A stretch of DNA of 64,000 bases, taken from Octopus vulgaris. Lineage: Eukaryota. The position numbers and the translations under genes were made by a program. Each line of letters begins with the position of its first letter. Position 1 is the first letter of the stretch. The stretch lies in the NCBI GenBank assembly GCA_951406725.2, contig OX597837.1, positions 10,974,001 through 11,038,000 of the forward strand, in the 5' to 3' direction. Below the pieces are notes generated by a model, which made no database searches, was not told the origin of the DNA, and was given only the letters and a program-made list of their open reading frames with translations. Positions 1 to 14,400 of this stretch are shown here, in pieces.

Positions 1-180
1 AATATATATTATATGTGTCTTGTGTGTACAAATAGATGGACGGCTGTTACTCCAGTCTGCTTCCAGTATAGAGGTGTGGTTACTGCTATACGTAGTAGTA
101 TTACTAGTTATGTTATGCAGAGCAAATGTACCATAAATTACAATTACATTTGCGACTTCCAATGCAGAGTTCTAAACAAC

Positions 181-183
<3 letters not shown>

Positions 184-264
<81 letters not shown>

Positions 265-408
265 GTGCGTGTATGTAAGTATATATATATATATATATTT
301 GTGTGCGTGTATGTAAGTATATATATATATATATATTTGTGTGCGTGTATGTAAGTATATATATATATATATTTGTGTGCGTGTATGTAAGTATATATAA
401 TATATATG

Positions 409-439
<31 letters not shown>

Positions 440-464
440 GCACACACACACACATATATATACA

Positions 465-497
<33 letters not shown>

Positions 498-511
498 GCA
501 CACACACACAC

Positions 512-543
<32 letters not shown>

Positions 544-583
544 GCACACACACACACACACATATATATACATATATATATAC

Positions 584-614
<31 letters not shown>

Positions 615-635
615 TATATACATAGAGAGAGAGAG
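184..635. repeat. compound (CT)n/(TA)n/(CA)n microsatellite with higher-order units
   Basis: direct inspection. Confidence 0.95.
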
Positions 636-1683
636 GGGAGTTATGCGTATAAACAAATTAAATATAACAGGTTTGATATCCAATACACACACACACATAT
701 ATATATATGTATGTATACATACTAACAGAAAGAAAGCAAAGACTGACTATTTTCAGACGATTAATATTTAAGTATAAAGATATTTATCAAGCTTACACGA
801 AACGCAAATATATATATATGCTTTTTAAACTTTGCAACTGGTAGTAGATAGAGCTGTAAATGATAGCATGTAAATACTAGTTTTAAGAGAAAACCCTTTT
901 GTTAGAAAAATGTCGAAGGTTGCCCGTGGGACTCGAACCACATCTACAAACGTGACAAACCTACTTTTGGACGTCGTAAGTACACACACACATATATCTA
1001 GGGCTGTGTGTTGTGTTCTTGGGCAAGACACTTTATTTCACGTTGCTCCAGTTAACTCAGCTGTAGAAATGAGTTGCGGCGTCACTGGTACCAAGCTGTA
1101 TCAGCCCCTTTGCCTTTCCCTTGGATAACATCGGTGGAAGGGAGAGGAGAGGCTGGTATGCATGGGCAACTGCTGGTCTTCCATAAACAACCTTACCTGG
1201 ACTTGTGCCTTGGAGGGGGACTTGTAGGGACCTTGCTTAGCCCCGCCTGACTGAAATTCTAGATCGAATCCAAGAATTCTCACTCACCAAATCCACCCAC
1301 TATTTGGTGATTAGGCAGGAAAATCTCTTTGTTCTGTCAAAGGGAACATTGATTGATGTGTTTCCCCTTGACCCGTCACCTGGTTGTATCAGGGACCTAA
1401 ATGTGTATAGGCTACTCTTATAATGGTATATCCATCTTTCTAGCTGGAATATCTAATTAAAGATACCCACCCTCTGCCAACACCCACCAATTCTGTAGTA
1501 AAATGGGCCCATAACAACAGTCCCTGCAGTTATATCAACACCGACTGGAAGTCAATCACCTAAGCCAGATGTAATAGCTAAAACCCTGTAAGTTTTATAA
1601 AGATCATAAAAGAAATGACACACAAGCTATCTTTAGCCACAAACCTGCTGTAAAAGACTCACATAAGCAATTATATAATTATA

Positions 1684-1740
<57 letters not shown>

Positions 1741-2533
1741 GGTAAAGACCTCCTTCAGTCATGAATGACCATGGGATTACAGCTAGAGAGTTTGTAGGGA
1801 CCTTGCTTGCCAAATCCACCTGCTATTTGCTGACCAGGTGAGAAAATCTCTGTCTTGTCAAAAGGAACTTTGATTGATGTATTTCCACAGAGCAGCCAAC
1901 AGAGAGCAGGCCAACCCCAGAGTTGTAGGTGCTTTCACTAACTTTTTGATTGCAGAGCGCTGGTATTTATAATGGCCCATTCCAGCTAGAAAGATGGATA
2001 TACTATTATAAGAGAAGCCTATACATATTTAGGTCACCTGCTGTCCATTTGAATGTTTCCTGATACAGCAAGGCTGCAGGTCAAGTGGAAACACATCAAT
2101 TGAACTTCAGATGGAATAAAGTAAAATATAGCCAAGAATAAAAGGTGTGTAGATTATGAATTTTGATCGAAGGGATGGGGCCTTGAAGCAAAAAGTTGCA
2201 GGGAGCCTCATGCAACGGAGCTGTGTGTGAGAGGCCTGATCTGGTCTCTTTGAACATATAACAGGTGCAATATTTGGGGCCTGATATGGCCAATTTGAAT
2301 ACTAAAGGGTTCAATAACAACAATGAGTAAAGGGCATGACATATGTGAAATAAAAAAGGAACTTGAGGGTGGATGTTTCCTTGGTGTTTCTCGGGTGGAT
2401 ATGTAGATTGAAGTCTTCTGGGCCGCTCTGAGAATTTATGATAACATTCATTTTCGAAGTTGATATTCACATTGGAGATGGTAGTTTGTTCGTGTTTGTT
2501 TATTATATTTATTTTTTTTTTAATGTTTTGTAG

Positions 2534-2606
2534 ATCAATATGTTGATGAAAGCAACATCAGACGATGATAAACCGATACCTGGATATCTCTACGACGAAG
2601 TCAACA
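2534..2606 (+). CDS. TEPSIN: tepsin exon ([24 protein letters not shown])
   Basis: ttttgtag acceptor; GTATCCTTT donor; start of ENTH domain. Confidence 0.92.
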
Positions 2607-5600
2607 GTATCCTTTAATACATCATATAAACCCTCACTCCATCTGTCCATCTTTCTCTTTGCTGTTGTTTAGCTCAAGGTCAGTTCTGTCCAGGCAGGAT
2701 TATCATCATCATCGTTTAACGTCCGTTCTCCATGCTAGCATGGGTTGGATGGTTCGACCAGGGATCTGGGAAGCCAGAAGGCTGCGCCATGCTCCAGTCT
2801 GATCTGGCAGTGTTTCTACAGCTGGATGCCCTTTCTAACGCCAACCACTCCATGAGTGTAGTGGGTGCTTTTTACATGCCAGGCGAGGCTGGCAACGGCC
2901 ACGATCGGATTGGTGCTTTTTACGTGCCTCCGGCACAGATCCAGTCAAGGCGGCGCTGGCATCGGCCACGTTCGGATGGTGCTTTTTACATGCCACCGGT
3001 ACTTATGATTAACATTATTCCACTCATGGCCATCACATCTTTTTAGAGTATAAAGGACTGCACTGACATAGGTATGGGCAACATATAACCCTTCATATCC
3101 TTTCTGTAGCACATGTAGCACCATCTGAGCATGATCGTTGCCAGAGTAGCTAACTGGCTTCCGTACCGGTGGCATGTAAAAAGCACCATTTGAGCTTGAT
3201 CGTTACCAGCGTTGCCTTACTGACACTTGTGCTGGTGGCACGGGAAAAAACATTCGAGCGAGGTCATTGCCAGTGCCGCTGGACTGGCTCCAGTGCAGGT
3301 GGCACGTAAAAAACACCATTTGAGCATGGCCGTTCCCAGTACCGCCTGACTGGCCCTTGTGCCGGTGGCACGTAAAAGCACCCACTACACTCTTGGAGTG
3401 GTTGGCATTAGGAAACTCTGCCAGATCAGATTGGAGCCTGGTGCAGCCATCTGGTTCGCCAGACCTCAGTCGAACCGTCCAACCCATGCTAGCATGGAAA
3501 GCAGACATTAAACAATGATGATGATGATGTTGTTGAACAACAAACTTCTTAAGTGTATGGCCTCTAAAAAAAGCTACCAACTGTTAAATGCTCATTATTG
3601 GAATACATTAAACCCTTAACAATATTCCTAGAAATCAGTTATGAATCGACTGCTTATTGCACAAGTCTGTTGGAATTCCTAGTGAGTCAACTGGAAAAGA
3701 AATCTTGCCATGTAAAATTGAAGGTAAGTTATTATAAATATCACTTGTGCCTATCATTAATTATTTAACCCTTCATGGGCCATGCTGGAGCACCGCCTGT
3801 AGTCGAGCAAATTAACCCCAGGACTTATTCTTTGTAAGCCTAGTACTTATTCTATCGGTCTCTTTTGCCAAACCGCTACGTTACAGGGACGTAAACACAC
3901 CAGCATTGGTTGTCAAGTGATGTTGGGGAGGACAAACACAAACATATACACACACACACATACATATACATATATACGACAGGCTTCATTCAGTTTCCAT
4001 CAACCAAATCCACTCACAAGGCTTTGGTCGGTCCAAGGCTATAGTAGAAGACACTTGCCCAAGGTGGCACGCAGTGGGACTGAACCCAGAACCATGTGGT
4101 TTGTAAGCAAGCTACTTACCACACAGCCACTCCTGCACCTGTACAATTTCAAAATAAAATGACACAAGCAAAACACACACATACACAGTGGGCTTCTTTT
4201 AGTTTCCATTTACCAAATCCATTTACAAGACTTTGGTCAGCTCAGGGCTATAGTAGAAGACCCTTGTTCACAAGTGTCATGAAGTGGGATTGAACCAAAA
4301 ACCATGTGGTTGGGAAGTAAGCTTCTCAACCACACAACCACACCTGTTTGTGATTGTTGTTGTTTTCTAATTTTTAGGTGTTGAAACTAATGACAAACCT
4401 CGTTGAAAAGGGTCACCCCCATTTCAGACAAGGTCTACGGCGACAAGCAAATGGCATCAGGGAAGCCACCAGTAAGTATTTCGTTCCCTTCTTATATTTT
4501 TTCCTTACCTTTTAAGTCAGAGAAGCCAGAGCAACATCTGTGAGATTTTAATAATAATAATGAAGTTATTGTATGGAGTGCTCAGGTGCACCACAACTTG
4601 TCAGAAAGTGCGTATAAAGCATATGCAGTAATGTACAAATGTCTGGGAAGCGAACAGTGTATGAGTCAGATACATGCTTGCCTATGTATGGAGGGGAGAA
4701 AATCAGGTGTAGTGTTGGCGAATCTCAGGAAGCATGGAAGTTTTGAAGGATGCAGTGCTCCGACAACTGATGCTAGCAGTTTGTTCCATGCTTCAGCAAC
4801 TCTTAGCGTGAAAAAAATGTTTCCGAAAGTCATGGGAGCTGTGCTGTTTTCTGACTTTGTAAACATGTCCACGGTAGTTAGACAGGTGGAGTTTGAAAAG
4901 GTGCTCAGAGTTATTGTTAGTAAGATGGTTAATAATTTAATTTATTTCAGGGCTTCTGAGACTGTTGAGAGAAAAGGAGGAATTAGAAAATTACTATTTT
5001 TAAATCTCACGAGAGATACTCAGCAACAGTACTTTGGGGTAAAGACTTTTAGCCAACATAACACAGCAGTCCTGGTTTAGGACGAATGTTGCTGTAATTT
5101 AGCCCCAGGAGACATCGTCTCCAGCTGGCTATACAACACGATCTGTGTCCTTATATTTTCAAACAAGGGAATCTAGCACCCCCACTCAGCTCAAAACAAA
5201 ATCTGTGTATCGTGATTTCTGGGTTATTTCCCTTTATCAGCACAGAATAATTGTTCGGCTAGAAGTGGCACTGCCAAATTCCCATTCGAAACAGTTATTC
5301 TGTGCTGATGAAGGGAAATAACCTGGAAATTGTGATTCACAGATATTGTTTTGAGCTGAGTGGGGGTGCTAGATTCCCTTGTTTGAAAATATAAGGACAC
5401 AGATTGTGTTGTGTAGCCAGCTGGAGATGATGTCTCCTGGGGGCTAAATTACAGCAACATTCGTCCTAAACCAGGACTGCCATGTTATGTTGGGAGACAA
5501 TCTTTACTCGAAAAGGAAGAAATTGTCCTGAAACTGGAGACTGGATCTAAATGTCTGTGACTCAATGCATTCTGCTAAAGCATGTTTCCAAAGATTGTGG

Positions 5601-8250
5601 TAGAGCTCTTTGAAGAGTTTTACTTAAGCCCTGTTGATTTCCATTTGAGTAGTAGTAGTAGCAGCAGCAGCGGTGGTGGTGGTAATGTAGTAATATTGGT
5701 TAGCTGGTTGTTTATTACTGATGGTTTTAGTAGTTGTAGTAGTAGTAGTAGTATTTGTGGTGGTGGTAGTACTAGTAGGTGTATTTGTAGTCGTCTAGTA
5801 GTAGTAGTAGTTGTTTAACTCCCAGGTTAACCTTCATTGATCAGACCTATAATCAAAGGCATTCCAGCCGTGACCATCCCATTTTAAAAAAATCATTTCC
5901 AGATACATTGTTTCTGGAACTAAATTAAACAACATACCCTTCCCTCATCTTTTTTTTTTTATGATTTTGAAGATGACGATTTGGTTTTAAGGGAAATTTG
6001 GCTGCTATTTCTAAAAAGTCTCAAGTGTCACATAGAGGTTCTGTTATTGTTTCATGAGGCACAGTGTATCTAGGACTACATCTGATGTGTTCTTGCCTTG
6101 ATTTCTTTTTGTAATTTCAAAATAAAACAAAGGGGTGTGACTTAATCCTTTAGTTTTATACTTATTTATTTATTTATGTTGTTCTGAATTAATCCTGCAT
6201 TATCCTGTAGCTTTGAGATTTCGATAATGTGATTATTTATTTCTAGAATGACATTGTAGGGTAGGTATGAAAGGCCAGATCTGGTCAGTTTGAACATAAA
6301 ACAGGTGGAATATTTGGGTCAGATATGGTTGGTTTAAATGCAAAAATGATTTAGAGAGATTTAGCTGCTATTTCTAGCCATTCCATTGACCAGTGAGTCT
6401 CATTTGAGTTCATGTTATTTTCCAGAGTTCAGTGGACCTCCAGATCCTCTTCATGGTACCGTGCCCTACTTAGTTGTGAGACAAATGGCTCAGGTAAGTT
6501 AAAACTGAAACCGCTTTTAACTGGATGGACAATTCTCAAAGTGAGAATTAATAAGTTTGTTTTCTGTGAAGAAGAGGAGGAATTTGGTACCTCTGGTGGC
6601 AGTTTTTATCAAAGAAGACCAAAATTCCTCCCTTCCAACCTTTCTTACATTTATTTCTTTATTGCCCATAGGGGGCTAAACATAGAGGGGACAAACAAGG
6701 ACAGACAAAGGCATTAAGTCGATTACATCAACCCCAGTGTGTAACTGGTACTTATTTTATCGACTCCGAAAGGATGAAAGGCAAAGTCGACCTTGGTGGA
6801 ATTTGAACTCAGAACTTAACGGCAGATGAAATACCACTAAACATTTTGCCAGGTGTGCTAACGATTCTGCCAGCTTGCCACCCTACATTGAATTACTCCA
6901 GGTGTTTTTTCTGACAAGTGCTATGGGTTTGCCCTAGAATTTACATGGAAGAATACAAGCCCATGCATGGCTGTATGGTTAAGGAGTTTGTTTCTTTACC
7001 ATGTGTTTTGGGGTTCAGTCCCACTGTGTGGCATCTTGGGTCAGTGTCTTTTGCTATAGCCCCTGGCTGACCAAAGCCTTCTGAGTGGTGGTGGTAGGGG
7101 CATTTACTAAATACGTTTGGTTCAAATGATGGTGTATTATCCAATTATTGAATGATTTTTAGATGTTTTGTTTCTGATTCTATTTTCAGAATCTGTCCGA
7201 AGTCCTCTTTGATGCTGACTACAATGTGGACACTGAATCTGAGACCAAAACAGTCAGGCCGACCTCAAGTAAGATTTCACCAATTTTAGATATTGCTCTA
7301 GCATGGCCACGTGGTTATCAATTTTTTCTCTTGCAGTCGTGTAGTTCTGTGTTCAACCCCCAAGTTCAGCACATTGGACAAGTTTTTTCTCTGATAGCCG
7401 TGGGTCAACTTATGCGTTCCTCACATATTTCCAAGTCAAATACTATTGCCCTCTTGTCATTTAAACAGCAAAAGGGGTTTGTGACACACGTCTTTTCAGC
7501 GGATGCATTTGCTATGAGCATCAGAATGGTGATATTGTCTTTGCACAGTGTGCAAAACAAACTGCGTCAAGATAACGGAGATGACAGAAATAGACCTGTG
7601 TTTGTCCCCTACTCCAATGCTTGACAAGTGGTGTTGGTTTGTTTACATCCCCCCGTAACTTAACCATTCGGCAAAAGAGACCCATTGAATAAGTACAAGG
7701 CTAGAAAATAAAACAACAAATAAACAAAGTACTGGGCTTGATTTATACAGTTCTATATTTAAGAGATGAGGAATTATTTACATTATTTACATTTGATGGA
7801 TATTTGTCCTCATCTTGTTTGTTAACACAATGTTTCAGCTGATATATACCCTCCAGCCTTTATCGGGTGTCTTGGGGAAACTTTGAATCTGGGGTCTAAT
7901 TCCTATTTCCTACCCTGTATTAATTTTTAATATATTGTCAAACATTAGTGTACATTTAAACTCAAAAAGTCCAAACCACAGACTTTTTGACTGTTCTTTC
8001 TAGCATATAAGGTGACCTGTTAAGGCTCACCTCTTTTTATGTTTAAATGTACACTAATTTTATATTAATTTTATATTCATAATGACTTTTGTTCCTCTTA
8101 ATTCTACCTCAGTTCATCTAATTCACTACTTTTCATAAAAAAGCCTTTATTTTTTATATTTTCAATGTACATTTTCGCTTTTTTTCTTCTTACTTTCCCC
8201 ATATCTTTTCCAAGTGTAGTTTCTATTTTCTTTTTGAAACATATTTCTAT

Positions 8251-8295
<45 letters not shown>

Positions 8296-8388
8296 TTCCA
8301 AAGTTACAGGGAAAAATTCAATTTAGAAATGCTAAATCAAATTTCACAAAATATAATATATATATATATATAAATTGTTTTTTAAAAA

Positions 8389-8442
<54 letters not shown>

Positions 8443-11400
8443 ATGCATGTGTATGTAAAATTTATGTCTGTGTTTGAGTGTACATAGACACACACATACA
8501 TATATATAGAGAGAAGGGAGAGATAAATTTTCTGTTGGTTGTTCTTTTCTTCCAGTCTCCACAGGAATGGGAAACATCCAAGGTAAAAGCAGAATGGAAG
8601 GATTTGGAAGTTCACCTCAACACTTGCCAAGTAAGTTCACAGGTTCACCTCTTCAGGGGAAAGGTTAGGTGGTTAGAGAGTTTTCTAGTATTTTCAAGCA
8701 ATGTTGACCTTTGTGTTAGTTCCTCTAACAAAGTGTGTGATGGGTCATCATTATTGCCACTGTCCAATGGCAAAATTGTTAGAGTGTTGGACAAAATGCC
8801 TTGTGGTATTTTAGTTCTGGTCATTATGTTCTGAGTTCAAATCCTGTTGAGGTAACTTTTTTGCATCTTTTCAGTCAGGAAAGTAAAGTACCAGTTATGT
8901 ACTGGGGTCAATTTAACCCCCACTGCACTGATTAAAGGTTTGTATAGCAATGTGCAGATACTGATTAAGTCATCCAGCCATAGAAACCACGTCAAACAGA
9001 CATTGGAGCACGATACTGTCTTTGGGCCCATAGGATCCTGCCAAACCATCCAGTTCATGCCAGCATGGAACATGGATGTATGATGAGGAGGATGATGATG
9101 ATGATGGTGGTGATGATGACCACTGTTTTATCCCTGTTGCCAGTTCCATCCCATTGTAAAGTGGTTGGCATTAGGAAGGACATCAAACTGTAGAAACATT
9201 GCCAAAACCCACTGGAACCTGATGCATTCCTTAGGCCCATCAGATCCTATCAAACCATCCAATCCATGCCAGCATAGAAGATGGATGTTAAATGATGATG
9301 ATGATGATATCATGTCTCGTATACTTTTCCTCCTCTAGTCCAGTAAAAATAAAAAATGTTTCTTAACATCATATGAAATGTGAAGGATTCCAGAAAGTAT
9401 CTTGAGAGACCCCCTTCGGTTATGACTGACCGTGGGATTGCACCTAGAAAGGCACAAGTCCGGGCAACTTTGTTTATGGAAGACCAGTAGTCACCCATGC
9501 ATACCAGCCTCCCCTCTCCGCACCACTGATGTGTTGTCCAAGAGAAAGGCAAAAGGGCCGATACAGCTTGGCACCAGTGACGTTGCAACTCATTTCTACA
9601 GCTGAGTGAACTGGAGCAACGTAAAATAAAGTGTCTTGCTCAAGAACACAATACGTAGCCTGGTCTGGAATTCGAACTCAGAACCTCATGATCGTAAGCT
9701 CGACACTCTAACCATTGAGCCATGCACCTTCCAGAAAGTATCTCACCATCAAAAACCAGTTACCCTGGTTCTCGTATCTGAACCACCACACCTACACAGA
9801 ACCAAATATACTCGGTTCCCATGCCGTAAGGGTCAATCAACTTCCCCTGCCTTCCTCTCCAATTTCTGTCACTGTGTCTGTGTAAGAACTTACCGTTACC
9901 ATCTCTGCTACAACATTCAGGATCATTTTCAATCCAACGCAGTCAGTGTATAATAGTTCGACTTTGTCTTGCCTTCACACCCAGGATATTTAACAGGAAC
10001 ATATTAAGGGGCCAATATTCTTATAAAGCCATTAGTGTTCATCTCAGTCACTGCCCTTCATCTTTGGTTCTTTGCTATTGTGTGTGATCCTTTATCAAAC
10101 CTCAAAAACTCTTCACCTGATGTCTGGCAGCTAACTTGTCAGAGACCCATAAAATTATTAACCATCTTACAAACAATAACTCTGAGCACCTTTTTGAACT
10201 CCACCTGTCTAACATCCGTGGACATGTTTACAAAGTCAGAAAACAGCACAGCTCCCATGACTTCAGGAAACATTTTTTCACTCTAAGAGTTGCTGAAGCA
10301 TGGAACAAACTGCCCGCATCAGTTGTTAGTTGTCGGAGCACTGCATCCTTCAAAACTTCCATGCTTCCTGAGATTCGCCAACACTACACCTGATTTTCAC
10401 CCCTCCATACACACACAAGCATGTATCTGACTCATACACTGTTCGCTTTCCAGACATTTGTACATTACTGTATATGCTTTATATGCACTTTCTGACAAGT
10501 TGTGGTGCACCTGAGCACTCTATACAATAATTTCATTATTGTTATTATTTAAAAACTCCACCCATCTAACACCCGTGGACATATTTACAAAGTCAGAAAA
10601 CAGCACAGCTCCCATGACTTTCGGAAACATTTTTTCATGCTAAGAGTTGCTGAAGCATGGAACAAACTGCTGGCATCAGTTGTTAGTTGTTGGAGCACTG
10701 CATCCTTCAAAAGTTCCATGCTTCCTGAGATTCGCCAACACTACACCTGATTTCGTCCCCTCCATACACACGCAAGCATGTATCTGACTCGTGCATTGTT
10801 CACTTCCCAGACATTTGTACATTACTGCATATGCTTTATACACACTTTTGACAAGTTGTGGTGCACCTGAGCACTGTGTACAATAATTTCATTATTATTA
10901 TAATGGACATCGTCATCGTCCCAACCACCACCTGCACGGCCTGGTATGTGATGGGGGCGAGCTGGCAGAAACATTAGCACGCCGGGCGAAATGCGTAGCC
11001 GTAATTCGTCTGTCGTTACGTTGTGAGTTCAAATTCTGCCGAGGTCGACTTTGCCTTTCATCCTTTCGGGGTCGATAAGTTAAGTACCAGTTACGCACTG
11101 GAGTCGATGTAATCGACTTAATACCTATGTCTGTCCTTGTCCCTTCTATGTTTAGCCCCCTGTGGGTAATAAAGAAATAGGTACGTGATGGGGGACGGGC
11201 AGTTTAGCTGGAGTGGGGATAAAAAACATAGAAATGTTGTTAACATCATCAGAGATTTATAAACTTTCAAGAGAATGATCTTTTTGTTATTGTTTGTGAC
11301 CCTTTATCAAACCTCAAAAACTGTTCACCTTTAATGTTCACCAATACTCTCGGTCCTCAGTAACCATGTTCTGTTTATTTAACAGCCATCCATTAACCCC

Positions 11401-14400
11401 CGTTCACCTCATAACAGTTTCCCTCTTTCTTCAACAGAAAGCACCAGCCAGATATTAAGGAACAGTATTGGAAATTTCCTCGATAAATTCACCGATTCTT
11501 CACAGATCAACCAGGTCTTCATCCCAGAACTGGACAAACAGCCAAGTAATTTTGCACCGGTTCAACTGAGTCAAACTTTATCGGATGATGCCATATCTGG
11601 GAGCCAGTCGATGTCATCTCTACCAGGTAAGGACTTTACTTACTAAATCCCTTTTGCCCCGTGTGAAGCATTGGCCATCAATGATTTTTTTCCCCAATCC
11701 CCCCAGTTTTGGGTTGTCAATTTTGCTTCTTTCTACTACTACTGCTACTGCTGCTGCTGCTGCTTCTGCTATAACAACCACCATTCATTCATAAATAATC
11801 AATATTTTTTGTTCTTTTTGGAACAGTGGATCTCGAAGCACATAAAGCTATAAGTAACAGCATACTGTGCATGGACAGCCTCTGACTTTTACTATCCAAA
11901 AGGGGTTTTTAACTCGGTTGGTGTAGCTGTGTGGTAAGATGTAAGCTTTCTAACCTCATGGTTCTAGGTTCAGTCCCACTGCATGGCACTTTGGGCAAAT
12001 GTCTTTTGCTATAGCCCTGGGCCAACCAAAGCCTTGTAAGTTGATTTGGTTGACAGAAATGGAAAGAAGGCAGCGAGCTGGCAGAAACGTTAGCATGCCA
12101 GGTGAAATGCTTATTGGTATTTCGTCTGCCGTTACGTTCTGAGTTCAAATTCCGCCGTGGTCGACTTTGCCTTTCATCCTTTTGGGGTCAAATGACTGAA
12201 ACAAATATAAGAATGTGTGTGTGTAGAGGTGTGGTATTTGTGTCTCCTTGTCATGACATTAGGTGATAATTGTAAATGAGTGTCACTGTTATACAAGCGG
12301 TGTCATTCACTTCCGGTATTCTGCATTGTTATGGGGAAATAGCTTGGTTGGAAACGGGTGAGGATTGGTAACTGGAAGGGCACCAGGCTGCAGAAAAATC
12401 TGCCTCAAATAAGCACCATTAGACCCATGCAAGCATAGAAAAGCGGACATTAATTAGTGATAATAACGACTTGCATGCTTCGAGATTCACTGTTCCATCA
12501 AAGAATTGTTTCAGATTCTCTTGAAAGTTTATAAATCTCTGATGATGTTCACAACGTTTCTATGTCTTTTTATCCCCACTCCAGCTAAACTGCCCGTCCC
12601 CCATCACGTACCAGGCCGTGCGGGTGGTGGTTGGGACGACGACGATGACGATGTCCATTATGGTGATGAAGACAACAGTGTAGCAGTCAAGTCGACAACA
12701 TCATCTTCTCACACATCAAGCAAAGAAACGAAAGTGTCCAATGAAATCTTAAGTTCCAGGTTGGTGCTCTTTTGGTGTTCTTTCGGTTATGTTCTTTTTA
12801 TTCTTTCTGCTGGTTTTGCTGTTTGTTTGTTGAGCGAAGCGGTCTTCGTCCCAGAGCGCGCAAGATCGCGCCTCAGGATTGTCTGTAGTGGGAGAAGTCC
12901 GAAAACACGGTCCTTTGCTATTAGTAAGACCCGCAGAAGAGAAAGCAGGTCGACCTCCGACACCGAGAGCATCGCCGGATGGATGAATGCGCATCTAGGC
13001 TCAGCGGTTGCGTAGGATGTCGGGGACAAGAAACAGGAAGAAAGAGTGAGAGAAAGTTGGAGCGAAAGAGTACAACAGGGGGTCGCCACCACCCCCTGCC
13101 GGAGCCTTGTGGAGCTTTAGGTGTTTTCTCTCCTTACATTCTGAGTTTAAATTCCACCAAGGTCGACTTTGCCTTTCATCCCTTTGGGGTTGATAAATTC
13201 AGTACCAGTCAAGTACTGGGGTCGATGCGATCAACTTACATGATAAATGAGTGAAAAAATTCTAAACTCTCACAGCTGTTTCTACCATGGGGTTTCCCAA
13301 TCTGCCAAGTTTTCTGCACCATACCAGTAATATACAGGGATTGTACAAAGGTTGAACAAACATTGGACAGGTAAGCACTTGGATATAAATACAAGACTCC
13401 CCACAAATTTCAAGTCTTGTACCTATAGTAGAAAGGATTATTATTATTGTTTTCTCTATTATTATTATTATTAGGCGAGACTCGGAAGAGTACAGTATGC
13501 CTGACTGGAATGCTGAAGACCAACTTGTCTGTGAGATGATAGAAAACACACGTCCGTTGCCAACGAGATCCGATCTGGAAGCTTTTGTCAGCAAGTGTAG
13601 TTCTTTAAATTGCGAGAAAGTGATTGATTTAATAAATCAACACTTGCAAACTGATGCACAATTGCATTCGCAACTGGTAGGTGCAACACATTTCTTCTGG
13701 CTCCTTCATTATATCTTATGTATAACTTTCATAATATCTGTGTAATTTATTCATTCAAAGATCATTGTAATCTGGTTTGTTGTCTTGTATTGTATGGCTT
13801 TGCAGTTTATTTTACTGGATATATATATATACACACACACAGATATATATATGTATATATATATATATGTATGCGTATATATATATATGTGTATATATGT
13901 ATATGTGTATATATGTATATATATGTGTGTATGTGTATATATGTATATATATGTGTGTATGTGTATATATGTATATATATATGTGTGTATGTGTATATAT
14001 GTATATATATATGTGTGTATGTGTATATATGTATATATATGTGTGTATGTGTATATATGTATATATATGTGTGTATGTGTATATATGTGTATATATGTAT
14101 ATATATATATGTGTGTATGTGTATATATGTATATATATATGTGTGTATGTGTATATATGTATATATATATATGTGTGTATGTGTATATATGTATATATAT
14201 ATATGTGTGTATGTGTATATATGTATATATATATATGTGTGTATGTGTATATATGTATATATATATATGTGTGTATGTGTATATATGTATATATATATAT
14301 GTGTGTATGTGTATATATGTATATATATATATATGTGTATGTGTATATATGTATATATATATATGTGTGTATGTGTATATATGTATATATATATATGTGT

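Noticed and set aside
1-2533. Search for tepsin exon 1
   Set aside because: No convincing ATG exon with a phase-0 donor; probably upstream of the window.
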